Shown piece by piece: positions 10,850 through 24,362 of a stretch of DNA of 40,980 bases. The stretch's first letter is position 1; each line of letters starts with the position of its first letter. Below the pieces are notes generated by a model. That model was not told where the DNA came from, ran no database searches, and worked only from the letters and a program-made list of their open reading frames with translations. The DNA comes from Octopus bimaculoides. Taxonomy: Eukaryota. The stretch is taken from assembly GCF_001194135.2 (NCBI RefSeq), contig NC_068984.1, positions 98,170,727 to 98,211,706 on the forward strand, given 5' to 3'. Both the position numbers and the translations under genes were made by a program.

Positions 10850-11400
10850 TCCATCATCTGTAACATTTCCCAAATCTTTGACAATCATTATCAAAACTAT
10901 CACCAACATTATCAGTATCATTAGCCATCATCATTACTATGATTTTCATTATAATCCACATCAATATCATTAACCATTACCATCATCATTGTTATCATAA
11001 ACATCATTATCATGTACTGTAATTATCCTTATTGCCAGCATCATTATCATTGCAATGATTAACATTCACATCACCAACATTGTTATCATCGCTAACATCA
11101 GTTTTGTTGTCCATCATAATTATCATTGTATTCATCTCTACTGTCATTATTACAGCTATTGCTAGATTGATTCATCATCATTATGACTATTATCAGTTTG
11201 TCATCATGATAATCATCATCATCATCATGAGTTTTAACCATGATCATTATTTGTCCAATTAAAATGATGCTTGAAAAATTGAGGCTAATTCTATATTTTG
11301 TGATTCTTGATGTTGTTGTTATTCTTATTGTTGTTGTTGGTGTTCTTATTGTTGATGTTATTTTGTTATTGTTGGTGCTGCTTCTATTATTGATGTTGTT
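10850..11400. repeat. Long degenerate (CAT/ATT)n tract followed by a (GTT/ATT)n tract
   Basis: Seen directly; the overlapping ORFs are low-complexity artefacts. Confidence 0.8.
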
Positions 11401-14012
11401 CTTACGGGTACTTTAATGTTTTTATTGTTTAAAATCACTATTACTATGTGGCTGATGAGCTGCCTTAATCACCACAGTCATTAAGAGGCAAGGATGCTGC
11501 CATTAATTGCATAAACTGCCAGAAAAAGTTGCACTTAAATCTTCTTCAAATTATACTTTACTGTTTTAAAAAAAAATGGACACATTGGATAATATAACAA
11601 TCACAAATAAACTGAACATGAAATGGATAAAAGACAGGGTTGTCTTTGTTAGACCATGTTTGCTTCTAGCATTTTACCCAGACAGTTACAGCCTTACACA
11701 CAGTAAGCCAACAAGTGAACATTTACAAGGCCATTGAACCTGCTTGAAAAATATGATCAAAGTTTCTTTAGATCACACATTAGCATCTTTAAAATGGAAA
11801 ATACGTAGGATAATGTAGTCCTAAATAAAGGGTTTTAGTTGTTTATATTGACCCTAGTACTTATTCCAGTCTGATATTTTTATTGATCTTCATTTATTGA
11901 ATTAAATTTGTTACATTTTTCACATAATGGGAAATAACTTGATGCTCTGGTTTACACAAATGTGTGTGCACACACACACACACATACACATGCGCGCATG
12001 CATACACACGCACACATGTATTCATGTATCTATACATGATGGTTTCTACACAGCTTCTTTCTCTCAAATTCTACTCAATGTATTGGTTAACCCTAGGGTA
12101 CAGTAAAACGATAGTTGCTGTTCTTTTTCTTATGGGTTGTGACAATGCAAGTTTTCTCATGCTTTGAATGTTGACTGTGAGCCTCCATTATGCCTGCAGT
12201 AATCCAATGTAGAGGTCAAAGTTGGAGTTCTGAGATCAAATCCAAAAGATGTCCAAATAAGCATTAAATATATGGTGTAAATACAATAAAAAAGACAACA
12301 CAGGAAGAACAAACTATTGGAGCTTAACACTTTAATGGCAAGGGAAAATTTTATAACCTTTTCTCCTTCATCAGAAGACAGAAAGAGAGAAGCAATGGAG
12401 TAATGAGAGAAATATGTAGTTAGGGAGAAAAAAAAAAAGAATGGACAAATGATTAGAAACCATGCGAAAAGTGTGCTCTATGTGGTAGATGAAGAAGAGA
12501 GGAAGGGGCAGTTGTGTAGATGCATGTCTAAGAGTATCTATATTGAAGTGGGCATGTGGAGTTAGTAGGGTGTGTTGCATGTATATGTATAGAGGTGTGC
12601 AGGGGTGGAAATATAGTAGCATTGATTAATGTGGTTGTTTGTGTGTATGTAATCATCAGGGGTGGGGGATGATGTGGAGGTGAGGGGGGAAATTAAGGTA
12701 TTGCTGAAGCACAGGGAATGGCAAGAACAATATGGAAGGTGTTATTAATGTTTGTGAAAGTGCATAGCAAAATTTTTTTTACTGAGGGAAAGTTTAAGCT
12801 AAAATTAAATTACACAACAATGGTAAAAGGTTTTGAGAATTTAGTAGAATGTCCAGAGTATAAGAAACTGGTAAACTCTATGAAGAAAAAATAACTGTTA
12901 TGAAGAAGCTAGTAAAAATCAGCAAAGGAGAAGAAATGATCTAATGAAGAAGTGAAAAGCCTGATGTAATGCACATGGTGTTGCAAGGTGAGAAAGGAAA
13001 TGGAGGAGGGAACTGAATTTGCCATTTTTTGAGAGAAGAGTGAACAGTAAAAGGAAGGAAGTAACAAGAAAAGTTGTTGTGGGTGATTATTGGTAAGCCA
13101 AAGACTGAGTATGTATTAAGCAGAGGTGACAGGGGAAAGTGAGAGAAAAAAGATATGATTCAAAGCTAGGATGCTGAAGTGTAGGAGAAATACATTTTTG
13201 TATGTTGCTGTATGTGGGTGTGAGGAGCAGGTGTGCATTGGTGTAATGCCAGTATATGTGTGTCTGCAAACCTCTTTGTGTTTGTTTGTGTGAAAGAGAC
13301 AGACTGGTAGTTGAATAGATGTGTATATGTATTTGCTTGTGTAACTGAAAGGTGGGAAAGCTGAAGGGGGGGGGGTGTAAGGGAGAAGAGGATGAGGTGC
13401 AACTGTTAGAGATGTGTAATTCTGGAGCAGGTTAGGGAGGGTATGTGGGGACAGGGATCCAAGCTGAAAACTGAAATGTGCTAGTTGGAGTGGAAATCTC
13501 AAGAGACAGGTAGCCTGTTGCCAAGTCTATCATCCCTGAGGTGCTCCACGAACCTGTTGGACAGTAGGTGACTCATTTGCATGATATAAATCAAATTGCA
13601 GAAGGAAAATTGGAGTGAATATATGAGGTTGTTGGAGGTGCATCAGAAAGAGTCCCTAATTTTGAAGGTATGGTGCTTTAGTCCAGTAAGGGTAGTGGAA
13701 TGGATAAGAATGGGTTTCTAAGCAGTTTGTTTGTGATTAGTTAAAAATGATTCACAGTTGTTGATGACAACTCCAACAAGTTGAAGTGTATGTACAGCTG
13801 TTACCTCCTTTTTGTACACAAACACATAGTAGATACCTTGTTTACAATTGTCATAACACACTGCTGGCGAGACAATCTATCTGGTTCGTTTTAAGCTACA
13901 TGCCATATTAACTCTTAATGTGTTGTATAGGTATGTAAATGTTATTTCTTCCAAGTGGAAGCACTACCTTTGAGTTGTGTTTTCTTTATGTTCACTTTCC
14001 TTTTATTGGTGA

Positions 14013-15529
14013 CTAGCAGTATAGCCCGGCATTGGCCTGGATTAAGCTAGGATTATTAAGTGATCAAGTGCTTTATTTCAAGCCAAAATAAGTAACATCG
14101 ACATCAGATTTGAGCGAAATCTGTTGAAATTGGTTTGGCTGAAAATGGTTTGCTGGCAATTTGATTAAATTTACCATGAAAAACTACAGCTAAATTTTTA
14201 GATAACACTCGCACGATTTTCACTAAGAAAAAAATAAATCGGATTTTTTGTGTGAAATCAGCTACCCTGGTCTACTTAATATACTACAAAACCATTTTTA
14301 TGGTCTGAAAAACGGGTTGGGGTGTGCTGAAATCTTCGGAATTTCACTCCCCCCACACACTGATCTTTTCACCATCTATNNNNNNNNNNNNNNNNNNNNN
14401 NNNNNNNNNNNNNNNNNNNNNNNNNNNNNNNNNNNNNNNNNNNNNNNNNNNNNNNNNGATTAAGCTAGGATTATTAAGTGATCAAGTGCTTTATTTCAAG
14501 CCAAAATAAGTAACATCGACATCAGATTTGAGCGAAATCTGTTGAAATTGGTTTGGCTGAAAATGGTTTGCTGGCAATTTGATTAAATTTACCATGAAAA
14601 ACTACAGCTAAATTTTTAGATAACACTTGCACGATTTTCACTAAAAAAAAAATAAATTGGATTTTTTGCATGGAATCAACTATCCTGGCCTGCTAGTATG
14701 CTACAAAATCTTTTTTATTGGTCCGAAAAACGGGTGGGGTGTGGTGGAAGCCTCGGAAATTTTACCCATTTATATTGTGTAATTCACTGACAAATTGTTA
14801 CATACCTCTTTGTTTCATTGTTGTTAAATAAATGGATTATCAATAAACTTTTTCTTCAGCGTGAAATATAAACAAAACTCTTTCGCTCCCAAAGTAGTAT
14901 ATGTGTGTGTGTGTTAGAGAGTGAGAGGCGGGGAAAGATGAACAATTTAAAATAAATAAATGATTTAAAATAAGTATATTTTAATTGTTGTGTGAGAAAG
15001 TATATATAACCTCATTATAAAATATAGTGTCTTTCAAAAACATCCTATATTTGAAACTATATCTCATATTTAAGGAAAAAAAGCATTTTACATTTTCATT
15101 TTTGATGAACGCTAACACTCTGTCTTCCTTACTCACACCTACCTTTTCTTTCGCTAGATGCTTTCTGTCTCCCTCTCCCACTTTTTCTTTACTTTTTTTT
15201 TGTTAGACGCTGGCAAACAATCACTATCTCTCCCTCACTCCCCCTCTCACACACACATACATCAACACACAATTTCTCTCTCTCTCCCTCACACACATAC
15301 GCACACTTTCACTTTGCCATGTAAGCAAACTTCAAAATTGATAAAAGTTATGGTTGAAAATCGATTTTTACAGCTACATGCGGATGCCTCTGAGAGAAAA
15401 AGTTGATGAAAATGCAGCTAGGGTCATGACGAATGTCCTCCTAAAAATCGAGCGACATGCATGCTAATTTGTGGATGTGCATAGATTACATTCACGTACA
15501 CACACACATCCTGCCTTTTATATATACAT
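14013..15529 (-). mobile_element. Non-autonomous Helitron with an internal tandem duplication
   Basis: The minus-strand 3' end has a CCAGGC-CAAT-GCCGGG hairpin, a short spacer, CTAG and a target T (a at 14012 on +). The 5' end ATGTATATATAAAAGG resembles the canonical A|TCTATATATAAAA with TC mutated. No Rep/helicase ORF is present. Confidence 0.68.
14040..14763 (+). repeat. ~305-bp tandem duplication (14040-14345 and 14458-14763) across a gap
   Basis: The first 170 bp are identical (14040-14209 vs 14458-14627); the remainder is clearly diverged. Confidence 0.9.
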
Positions 15530-16381
15530 ATATGTACTAGTGAAAACAAACACGCACACACATGCACATCCCCATTAGATATGATTGTAATCATAGTCTC
15601 AGAATAATCAAGTAGTTTCTTGTGTTGTTTAGCCCTCAGTAAGCCTTGACTGAGGAGACATCAACCTTTTCATTTTCAAAATTCACTATTCACTTTAATC
15701 TATGTCATTTTATACTGAACAACTCACTGATTGGTACAGACCATTTAGATGGAAATAATTACTATATACTTGCTTTCTAGTGTTTGTACATATTGTTGTG
15801 CAGCTCCAAGTCAGCCTTCATTTAGCAAACTCTGATCAAAAGCATTGCAGCCATGTTTATTCCATCTGTTAAGGAGCATTGTTGGCTTGTGTCATCCAAT
15901 ATGTTTTTCTAACTTGTTTATGATGGAGTAGGAAGTTTGATTTGAAGAATATTTTGATTGCTATTCTGACTGACCTGTTAAGGACTTCATCAAGTGTTGT
16001 GTCTCTGAGTGCTTATTATGTGTCTGTACATATGTGTGTGTGTGCATGTATTTGTGTTTTATACTAGTAAATGTAGGCTGTGTACCTTGATGGTTCTAGC
16101 TGTTTTGCTATGATTATGTAAATAGTGTTTCTTCCAACTAAAGATACCAAAGCTATTCCAACTGTGGTCATCTTGTCTTTTCAGTCAGACATAGTGTATC
16201 AAGGACTACATTATGCACTATGTTCCACTATCTTTAAGATGGTTGGAAATGTTACCTTTATCACATTGAGTGACTATATAAAGGCATCCTCATACATTTG
16301 ATTATAAAAAATTTGAACTTTGAAGCTGATATGAGGTGGTCACTTTTGTAATTCAAATGTCATATACATTGAGATCTACCA

Positions 16382-16550
16382 GGGCAGTGGATTGGCAGAA
16401 TCATTACAGCAATGGGCAAAATGCTTTGCATTATTTGTTCCAGCACTTCACATTCTTAGTTCAGATCCCACTGAGGTCAAATTTGCTCTTTATTGTTCTT
16501 GAGTTGATAAAATAAAGTGCCAGTCAAGTACTGAGGTTGATATAACAAAC
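16382..16550 (+). mobile_element. tRNA-derived SINE, family C (diverged copy)
   Basis: ggcagtggattggcagaatc (A box-like), agttcagatcc (B box-like), then gaggtcaaatttgctctt..gagttgataaaataaagtgccag. Weaker reverse-orientation remnants lie near 6605-6730 and 11835-11900. Confidence 0.7.
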
Positions 16551-16565
16551 CGGTTTGCCCTCTAC

Positions 16566-17570
16566 TGTGGTATATGTCACAAGCTGCATAATCTCATCAT
16601 AGTTGGAAAACTTGGAGAGTGGCTACATGGCTTCCTAAAAGATAGAAATGAGGTGGTAGTAGCCAATAGGATTACCTACAAGGAAATACAAATACTGAGT
16701 GGTGTCCCACAGGGCACTGTCTTGAGACCACTGCTATTCATAGTGGCCCTCTCAAATATGCTCTCAGCTGCTCAGATAACTACCTTTGCTAGCTATGTTA
16801 ATGATACAAATGTCTCTCTGAGGTTACAGAACCCTGAAGATGTTGTGCACTACAGCAGGAATTGGACATAATATACAGATGGGCTAAGGACAATAACATG
16901 GAGTTTGATGCTGAAAAATTACAAGCCCTGTGCTACCAGCACATGGAGCTGAATGAATTGCAGACAAGCTACACTGGCTCAGGAGGTATTGCTATCCCTG
17001 AATCAAAAAAATGCACAGCCTGAGCATTGATATTTAGTAATGATGCATCTTTCAGGTGCATATTACTTAGCTGACCATAAAATGCAGACACCTGGCCAGA
17101 TGGATCCTTTGAACTTTCAGAACGAGAGAACAGGAAACCATGATGGACTTATGAAGAAAACATGTCCTCAGTCATTTAGACTACTCATCCCAACTATAGT
17201 CACCACACTGTAAAATTAATGGCAGAAATCAAAGCAACCCAGTAAAACTACACAGAGAAGATTGTCTCAATGTGACTTGTCAGCTACTGAGACGGTCTGT
17301 AAATGTTAAGACACTACTCCATAGAACAAAGGCAGGGAAGTTATGCAGTGATATACACCTGAAAAATCCTTGGAAGATTTGTACAAAACTTTGGCATTAA
17401 AAGTTACACAAACTGCAGAACAGGGCGCCACTGCATAATGTCAAAAGTCCCAACATTACCATCAGAATACAGGATCAGTTACTGCAGCAGCTTGGGTTTC
17501 AAGGGTTCACACCTTTTGGCTATCCTTCAAAAGGCCCAAGATGTAGGTGTCTTTAAAACAAAACTATGAA
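16566..17570 (+). mobile_element. CR1-group LINE ORF2 fragment (RT core to C-terminus), heavily decayed
   Basis: ICHKLHNLIIVGKLGEWLHGFLKDR..SGVPQGTVLRPLLFI..SYVNDT (degenerate YADDT). Later SYW.RL, YAVIYT.KILG and YCSSLGFKG motifs appear in shifting frames. Confidence 0.88.
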
Positions 17571-18635
17571 GATTGACTTGAGGCTATACAAAAAGACCTC
17601 CAAAATGTCAGTGAAATTGAAACCGTGGCTTCATGATTGTGATGCACAACCTTTTGCCATTTAGACATTGAACAAAGCAGTACTTTGAATCTCTTAACAG
17701 TTTGTGCTTCAAAATAGTTCATAATTTTGTCCATACTTTGGCATTAGAATACCTCTTGAGTGCACATGAAAGTGTTAAATATTTGTTCATACCTACATTT
17801 CAATCATTGCTGCTTAGTGTGCTTCTAATTAATTAATTCCAGCTTGACACCATTACACACATCAGCAATTTTTTAATTTTCTGTTTAGATATAAGGATGG
17901 CAGTTCTTACTGGGCTATGCATGACAGATTCAGTATCTGCGGCTGATGGAGCATAATGATGCAGAAATACATGTCCTATCATCTGATAATGTCATTCACA
18001 GCCTAGCAGAATGTTTTTCCCACATTGTCTGTATGGAGAATTTTTCTCCTGACACAGTTTCCACAGTGAAGATCTTTCCATGTTTTAGTGTGCATCAATT
18101 TGTTAAATATAATTGTACACACTTATATTTTAATGATCACTGCTTACCATTTTTCACTAATTAATTCCTTTGTAAAGTCCACTTTCCGTGGCTCAACCTT
18201 CTGCATTTGTGTATACTGTGATCATAAAATGCTAGTTGTCATAAATGAGAAAGCTTACGATTAATATGAGTGATGATTTTTCATATTTGAGATCTATCCA
18301 ATCCATGTAGACATTGGAAAAGCAGGTGTGATGACGATGATGATGATAATAGTGACATACCACCTCATAATCTTTGTAGAAGTGAGTTCTTCTTCAAAGA
18401 TAGTTATCTCTTTTATTTAGCAATACAGACCAACATCACTAGTTTTCTTATGTTAAGCTGTTTTTTGATGATTACTTTACAATTTGTTTACAGAAGTTGA
18501 TCTTTAGAATTTACAGTTTACTTATCTTCTAATGATATTTTGATTCTTGTATGTAGAATAATGATCTTAACAACAATGAATGCTTGTCATTAACCACTTT
18601 CTAAAATTTACATGTCGTTTTCAATCCGTGAAATA

Positions 18636-18668
<33 letters not shown>

Positions 18669-19948
18669 CTAAAATGCAAGTAAACAACTGAATAAGCAAA
18701 TTAAAATTTTGCTTCTGTGTGGTTTTTATTTGCTTTTCCTTCCATATTTGGTCATTATGATAATGAGATGTTGCCACTGCTGAAGTTTCTTGGCTAATTA
18801 GGATAATTTTCCTTCAAAACTAATTAGACTTTTAAACAGTCTCTGAAACATCTGTGTTTTTTGTAGCTTTCTCTGTTTTTTTTTTTCTTCTTTTTTTGCA
18901 TATATGTACATATGTATTTATGACTCCTATTATGTGTGTGAGATTTTATTTTTTATTATTGTATGTGTGGTTGTTTTTCCTATGAATACATGTGTGTTTG
19001 TGTGTAGAGATATTTTCATGTTGTTTTTGTGTGAATTATTTTCATGTGCATGGTTTTTTTTTTGAACAAATGCACATGTGGGGGTGTGTCTGTATGTGGG
19101 TAATTTATATATGTGTATGGTATTTAAATATGTGTGTATGCATGTGCATATTTCTGTATATGCTTTGTATCCACTTAATTTACTTTTATCTAGTTTGTGT
19201 GTACTTCTGTTTTTTTTGTGTTTAGAGTATTTGTTTGTGTATCTGTGTATGCATGTATTCATCATGCATTTATGTATGTGCCTGTCTGTCTGTGTGTACA
19301 TCTGAAATATATCTTCATAAATAACTTAAGAAGTAAATAATAAAGAGATAATATAAAAATAACAACAAAATATCCATGAAGCTGTTTAAACTTGTGGTAG
19401 GGTTGTTGAAGTGAGGGGAGGTGTGAGTGTTTTTGTTATTGTTCATGTTGTTTACTTTCTGCTTGCATGTGTGGCTTGAGATGTAAACATCAGGTAGACT
19501 AGCTGATTAAGGTAGCAAGCAGTACTAAGCGTTTGCTGGTACACAACAACTACAGAAACCTAAGCAGTGAGAGAAACATGTGTGATGGGGAGAGGACGAA
19601 ACTGAGATTCTGAACTACTACATGTTCCACTTGCTAGGAAGTATGTATGCATATGTGTGTTTCACTAGTTTTAAAGACATTATTATGTGTACATGCATGC
19701 TTGCACACACACACACACACACACACACAGTCCAAGGAAACTGAAGCTGGTCTACTTGGCAAAAATTTTGTGGAACTTTTTTAGGTTAGATAAGCTTGTA
19801 TGTACATTTACACGTTGTGTGTGGGGGGGGTATGCATCTTTGTTTGGTGTGTGTATGTATATATACGTATTATTTCTATATATGTATATATCCAAAGAAG
19901 TGAAAATATAATTTTCTCAGTAAATTTTGTTAAAACTAGCATCACAAA

Positions 19949-19999
<51 letters not shown>

Positions 20000-20427
20000 N
20001 NNNNNNNNNNNNNNNNNNNNNNNNNNNNNNNNNNNNNNNNNNNNNNNNNNNNNNNNNNNNNNNNNNNNNNNNNNNNNNNNNNNNNNNNNNNNNNNNNNNN
20101 NNNNNNNNNNNNNNNNNNNNNNNNNNNNNNNNNNNNNNNNNNNNNNNNNNNNNNNNNNNNNNNNNNNNNNNNNNNNNNNNNNNNNNNNNNNNNNNNNNNN
20201 NNNNNNNNNNNNNNNNNNNNNNNNNNNNNNNNNNNNNNNNNNNNNNNNNNNNNNNNNNNNNNNNNNNNNNNAGAACTGAATATTCCAATGTGTCCTTTCA
20301 TTTTAAAGATGGAAGGCAGAGAAAGAAAGATTTGGTTGCTATTTCTCTCTGATCAAATAATATAGAAGCCTTCATCATTGTTTAGTATGTATTATCTATT
20401 GTGTATGTGTGAATGTGTTTACACGTA

Positions 20428-20479
<52 letters not shown>

Positions 20480-20482
<3 letters not shown>

Positions 20483-20785
20483 TCATCATCAATTAATGTA
20501 TGTTTTCCATGCTGGCAGGCTTCACTGTCTGTTTTGGCAGGGTTTTTATGGATGGATGCCCTTCTTAATACCAACCACCTTACATCATTGGATGGACGTC
20601 CACTTTTCCATGCTTGCATGGCAGTTACACTTGTTTACAACAACCATGCAGTGTCAAGGCAAAGAGACAGTAATACACACATACATACGTATGTACATAT
20701 ATATATATATATAATACAATGCATTTGTTGGCCCAGAGCTATAATAGAAGACACTTGCTCAANNNNNNNNNNTATATATATATAC

Positions 20786-20816
<31 letters not shown>

Positions 20817-20940
20817 ATACAATGCATTTGTTGGCCCAGAGCTATAATAGAAGACACTTGCTCAAGGAACCATGCAGTGGGACTGAATCTGAAATAACCA
20901 TGTAGTTGGGAAGCAAATCTCTTATCACACAGCCATGCCT
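20480..20940 (-). mobile_element. Cluster of SINE/RTE-tail fragments (20480-20690) and a family A SINE head (20830-20940)
   Basis: (CAT)n + ttttccatgctggca..ggatgcccttc matches the reverse of the RTE 3' UTR at 40620-40765. gaagacacttgctcaaggaaccatgcagtgggactgaa...cacacagccatgcct matches the family A head. Confidence 0.75.
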
Positions 20941-21045
20941 GTACATGTATTATTTGCAATAGAAGCAGTATTAGATAAAGATAACCAGCTATGTATCATA
21001 CTTAATGTAAATACACCTCTGAAAGGCAATTTGATATTTTATATA

Positions 21046-22249
21046 CAGGCTATAACAGGTAAATTGGGACCATTTAAATATCTTTATTATAATTGGTGTA
21101 ACTCAGAAAAATCAAACACTGCAAATTTTATGTTTATACTAATTTATCGTGGAGTATTTAGCACTTATTTCAGTTCAATGTGACCACCTTTTGCTTTCTT
21201 TACCAGTTCAGTACATTTACAAAATGATGTGCATGCCTTAACTATTTCTTCTTTTTCATTTTACTGAATGCTTAAGACATTTGTGAGAAGTTGTGTTGGA
21301 TATTGATTCAACTGCGCCTCATAACCAAAAATCACATAGATTCAAATCTGGTGAGCTAGAGGGCCAGTATCTTTAGGGACAAATATGGGCAATTCCTTCT
21401 TAAAAAATTCTTGCACTCTTTTCAAAGAATGGTTGGGCGGGGAGTCCTGTGCATCATAATCTACTTGCATCATAATGCTTCCTAGTACAAAGCAACAAAG
21501 CTTCTAAGATTTTGAGATACTCTGCTGTGTTGATTTTAAGACCCTCTTGAACCAAATGAAGAGGCATCAATTTCTTATCACTTGCAACAGCTCCAAATGG
21601 AAGTTGGATTTTTGCTTGCATAGCTGAAGGAACTTGGGAAGTTTTGATGGTTTGTAACTTCGTCTGCCATAATCTTCTTTTCATCTACAAAAATGCAGCC
21701 ATCTCTGCCACAATGTTTCTGATGACTAAGAAGTTTCAACTTGAATGGCTTTAAAGCAGGTAGTTGGTTGTTATGGTGTCTCCTCATGTACAATTTCATA
21801 TGGAGGTCTTGTCTCACAGCCCTAGAAATGATCATTTTACTGATTCCTTGATCTTTAGCCAATTTGACCATCGATTTTAATGAGGTTGACTCAATCGATC
21901 TTTTAAGTCCTGCTCAGAAGTGAGGTGTGCATTTTCGTTCACTGCAAGGGCTGTGAGGCTTTCTCCAAAAATCCTGACTTCAAATTGGCTACCACTCTAA
22001 AAACAGTGGATTTGGTATACTTTGTGGCTCTAATAATCTCTCCAGCACTTGCCGGCATGGAATAATTTGACAATTACACTTCTACAGTTTAATTCTTTAT
22101 TAAAATTCATAATTTGTTCAATCAGAAACAAAAAAATAGTACAAGTGATTATTCAAGCTGGTAATATTTAAAATCTAGACTCCAACAAAATCAATGCAAT
22201 TAGAAATATACCCATTTAAAATTTGTCCCAATTTACCTGTTACACCCTG
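21046..22249 (-). mobile_element. Full-length (1204 bp) but decayed maT (DD37D) DNA transposon with TIRs and TA target duplication
   Basis: TA|CAGGCTATAACAGGTAAATTGGGAC at the left end and the reverse complement CAGGGTGTAACAGGTAAATTGGGAC|TA at the right end. Transposase remnants: LAKDQGISKMIISRAVRQDL, FVDEK, QDSPPNH, WPSSSPDLNLCDF. The D2-D3 spacing is 110 nt (37 codons minus a 1-nt deletion). Confidence 0.93.
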
Positions 22250-22582
22250 TATATATGTATATTTTGCACAACGCAATGTAAATCAGAAAAACTGAAATAA
22301 ATTTAAACATTACAAACCTCACTGTGAGTGCAACAAGAAATATATTCTTTCTATGCTATTGGTGTACTGAAAAATAGAGTAGGAGAGCCTCCTGACAAAC
22401 TGCTTCATGGTTTATTGACTTCTCCTCGGGGAAGATGTACCCAACTTCCTTCCCCAATCATTAACATAGATCAGCTGCCTTAAAAAGCTATCATAAATCA
22501 GACTAGCACTGTGTTGGTTAGCCTTATTTGCATGTGGTGATATGCTTATTTCACCTATAGTAAGGTCTTATAATGTTTATTA

Positions 22583-22613
<31 letters not shown>

Positions 22614-22694
22614 TGCACACACACACACACACACACACACAGAGTTACATACATACACTCATATTAAATTTCAAATGATCTGCAACTCTGATAA

Positions 22695-23250
22695 TGTAAA
22701 CATTACTGATGCTGCATACTTAATGTGTGTGTTTTGTTAATGTGCTTATTAGCTGCAGGATTGCATCAGGGTAAGTCTCTTTAAGATGCTGAGTGTTAAA
22801 AAACACCAAATACCACAAACCAAACAAGACAACTTGCCCCATAGGTGAATGAGAACAATGGATATCAATATTTTGCTGCTGTTATTTAAACTCATCGGTA
22901 TCATATACCCAAGTCACCTGCTTATCATTTAAAATACAATTTTGTTTTACTTCTGCAATGCTGTTGCACATCAGCAGATACACTCTACGCTATCTGCATA
23001 TGTACCACAGACCAGCGATTCAGTTCATTTCAAGATATATGGTATATGATACTGATGAGCTTAAATAACAGTGAACTATATCCATTGTTCTTGTTCACCT
23101 ACAAGGCGAGTTGTTTCGCTTGGTTTAAGATATTCAGCATTTTTTACACTTGACATCCTAAAGGTATTTTCTCTCTGATGCAATTCTGCTGCTAAAAACC
23201 CATAAACAAAACACAAACATTAAGTATGTGACATAGTAATGTTTATTTAC
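22695..23250. repeat. Foldback element / long-TIR MITE: ~210-bp inverted arms around a ~130-bp spacer
   Basis: The left arm 22697-22909 aligns along its length with the reverse complement of 23041-23245 (e.g. agaacaatggatat, ctgttatttaa.ctcatc.gtatcatatacc, catacttaatgt.tgtgttttgtt). No clear TSD. Confidence 0.88.
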
Positions 23251-23254
23251 ATAT

Positions 23255-23335
23255 CATCATCATCATCATCATCCTTTAATGTTTCTTTTCCTTACAGGCA
23301 TGGGTTGGATGGTTTGACCCATGCCAGCATGATAA
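23255..23335 (-). mobile_element. Short RTE/SINE 3'-tail fragment
   Basis: (CAT)n ctttaatgtttcttttcc..gcatgggttggatgg matches the reverse complement of 36735-36800. A similar fragment is at 2520-2578. Confidence 0.7.
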
Positions 23336-24362
23336 AAAAGGAGGGGACTGAGGAATGTTCCCTGATGAATGCAGCTCAACTATAGAGTACATTAGACAGG
23401 GTGAATTCCATGTGCACATGCCATGTAATGTGCAGTGTGGCAGTCTATGTATATTCTTAACCTCTACACTTATTAGCAATGTGACGTGCATCATAGTAGT
23501 GTTAGGTGGGGCTATTAATGCAGTTGTTTTGTTTGTGTGTGTGTGTGTGTTATGATTGTTTAGAGAGAATGAGTGGAATTGTGATTTTAGTGTGGTGGTG
23601 TAGTATTGTTCTGGGCTGACTGAACATGTAGTGACAAGGACTATTATGGGTTGGAGCTTGTTATAGTCTCTTGCAAAAATTTTTACTTTGAGTATTTTTG
23701 TTTCATTGTTTGGTTGCTTTGTGTGGAACTTGTGATTTTGCAATGTTCGTTATTTTGTGTTCTTAGGTTTTGTTAGCCTTAGGTCAATCTTGACCATATT
23801 CTATCCATGACCAACTTGTCTTTTTATTGTTACTTAAAATTAACATGTTTTATTATGTAAGGCAGTATAGTGTGATTCGAAGATTTGACTGCTATTTATA
23901 GCTGGTTGAGCAACCACAAAAAAGCCCTTGTGCTTAATTATGTTGATCAAGTGCAGTACCTGTGTAATTGATCATTGCTGTGTATTAATTGATCATTGCT
24001 TTTATGTGTGTTGTAAATGTTAAAGAATTGTTGCTGGTAATTCTTAGTAAGTTTGTCTTCTGTATGTGTGTGGTACCTTTATGTTGTAAACGGTAATGGT
24101 TAGTTGGTTGTATCTGATATTCTTTGGTGCTGTTGATAAGAAGATGGAGACATCATCACTTTTTATCAAACAGAGATAACTACATGTCTGTTTTATCATT
24201 TATAAGTATCAAACATCCTTATTGAGACATTCTTGGATTCTCTTATTGAAACTTACTCACTCATATAACTAATAAACATATGTATGTATGTACATATGTG
24301 TGTGTATATATATATATGTATGTATAATCATCATTGCTTTAACATCCACCTTTCTATACTTA

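Noticed and set aside
17880-18164. Acceptor-like site and a 72-aa ORF with moderately complex sequence
   Set aside because: All frames after the acceptor terminate early, and no motif or donor was identified.
19585-19605. tgatggggagaggacgaaac, resembling a hammerhead core
   Set aside because: It lacks CUGANGA, and no helix I, II or III can be formed.
20700-20875. ~55-bp direct duplication either side of a 10-N gap
   Set aside because: Identical copies flank a tiny gap next to a microsatellite, which is most likely a scaffolding overlap artefact.
6330-23930. Scattered 50-100-bp remnants of older repeat families (e.g. near 6340-6420, 8125-8185, 8445-8520, 8670-8730, 11730-11830, 15620-15870, 23770-23930)
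   Set aside because: They are probably ancient SINE/MITE fragments but too degraded to assign boundaries or families by eye, so they are not listed as features.
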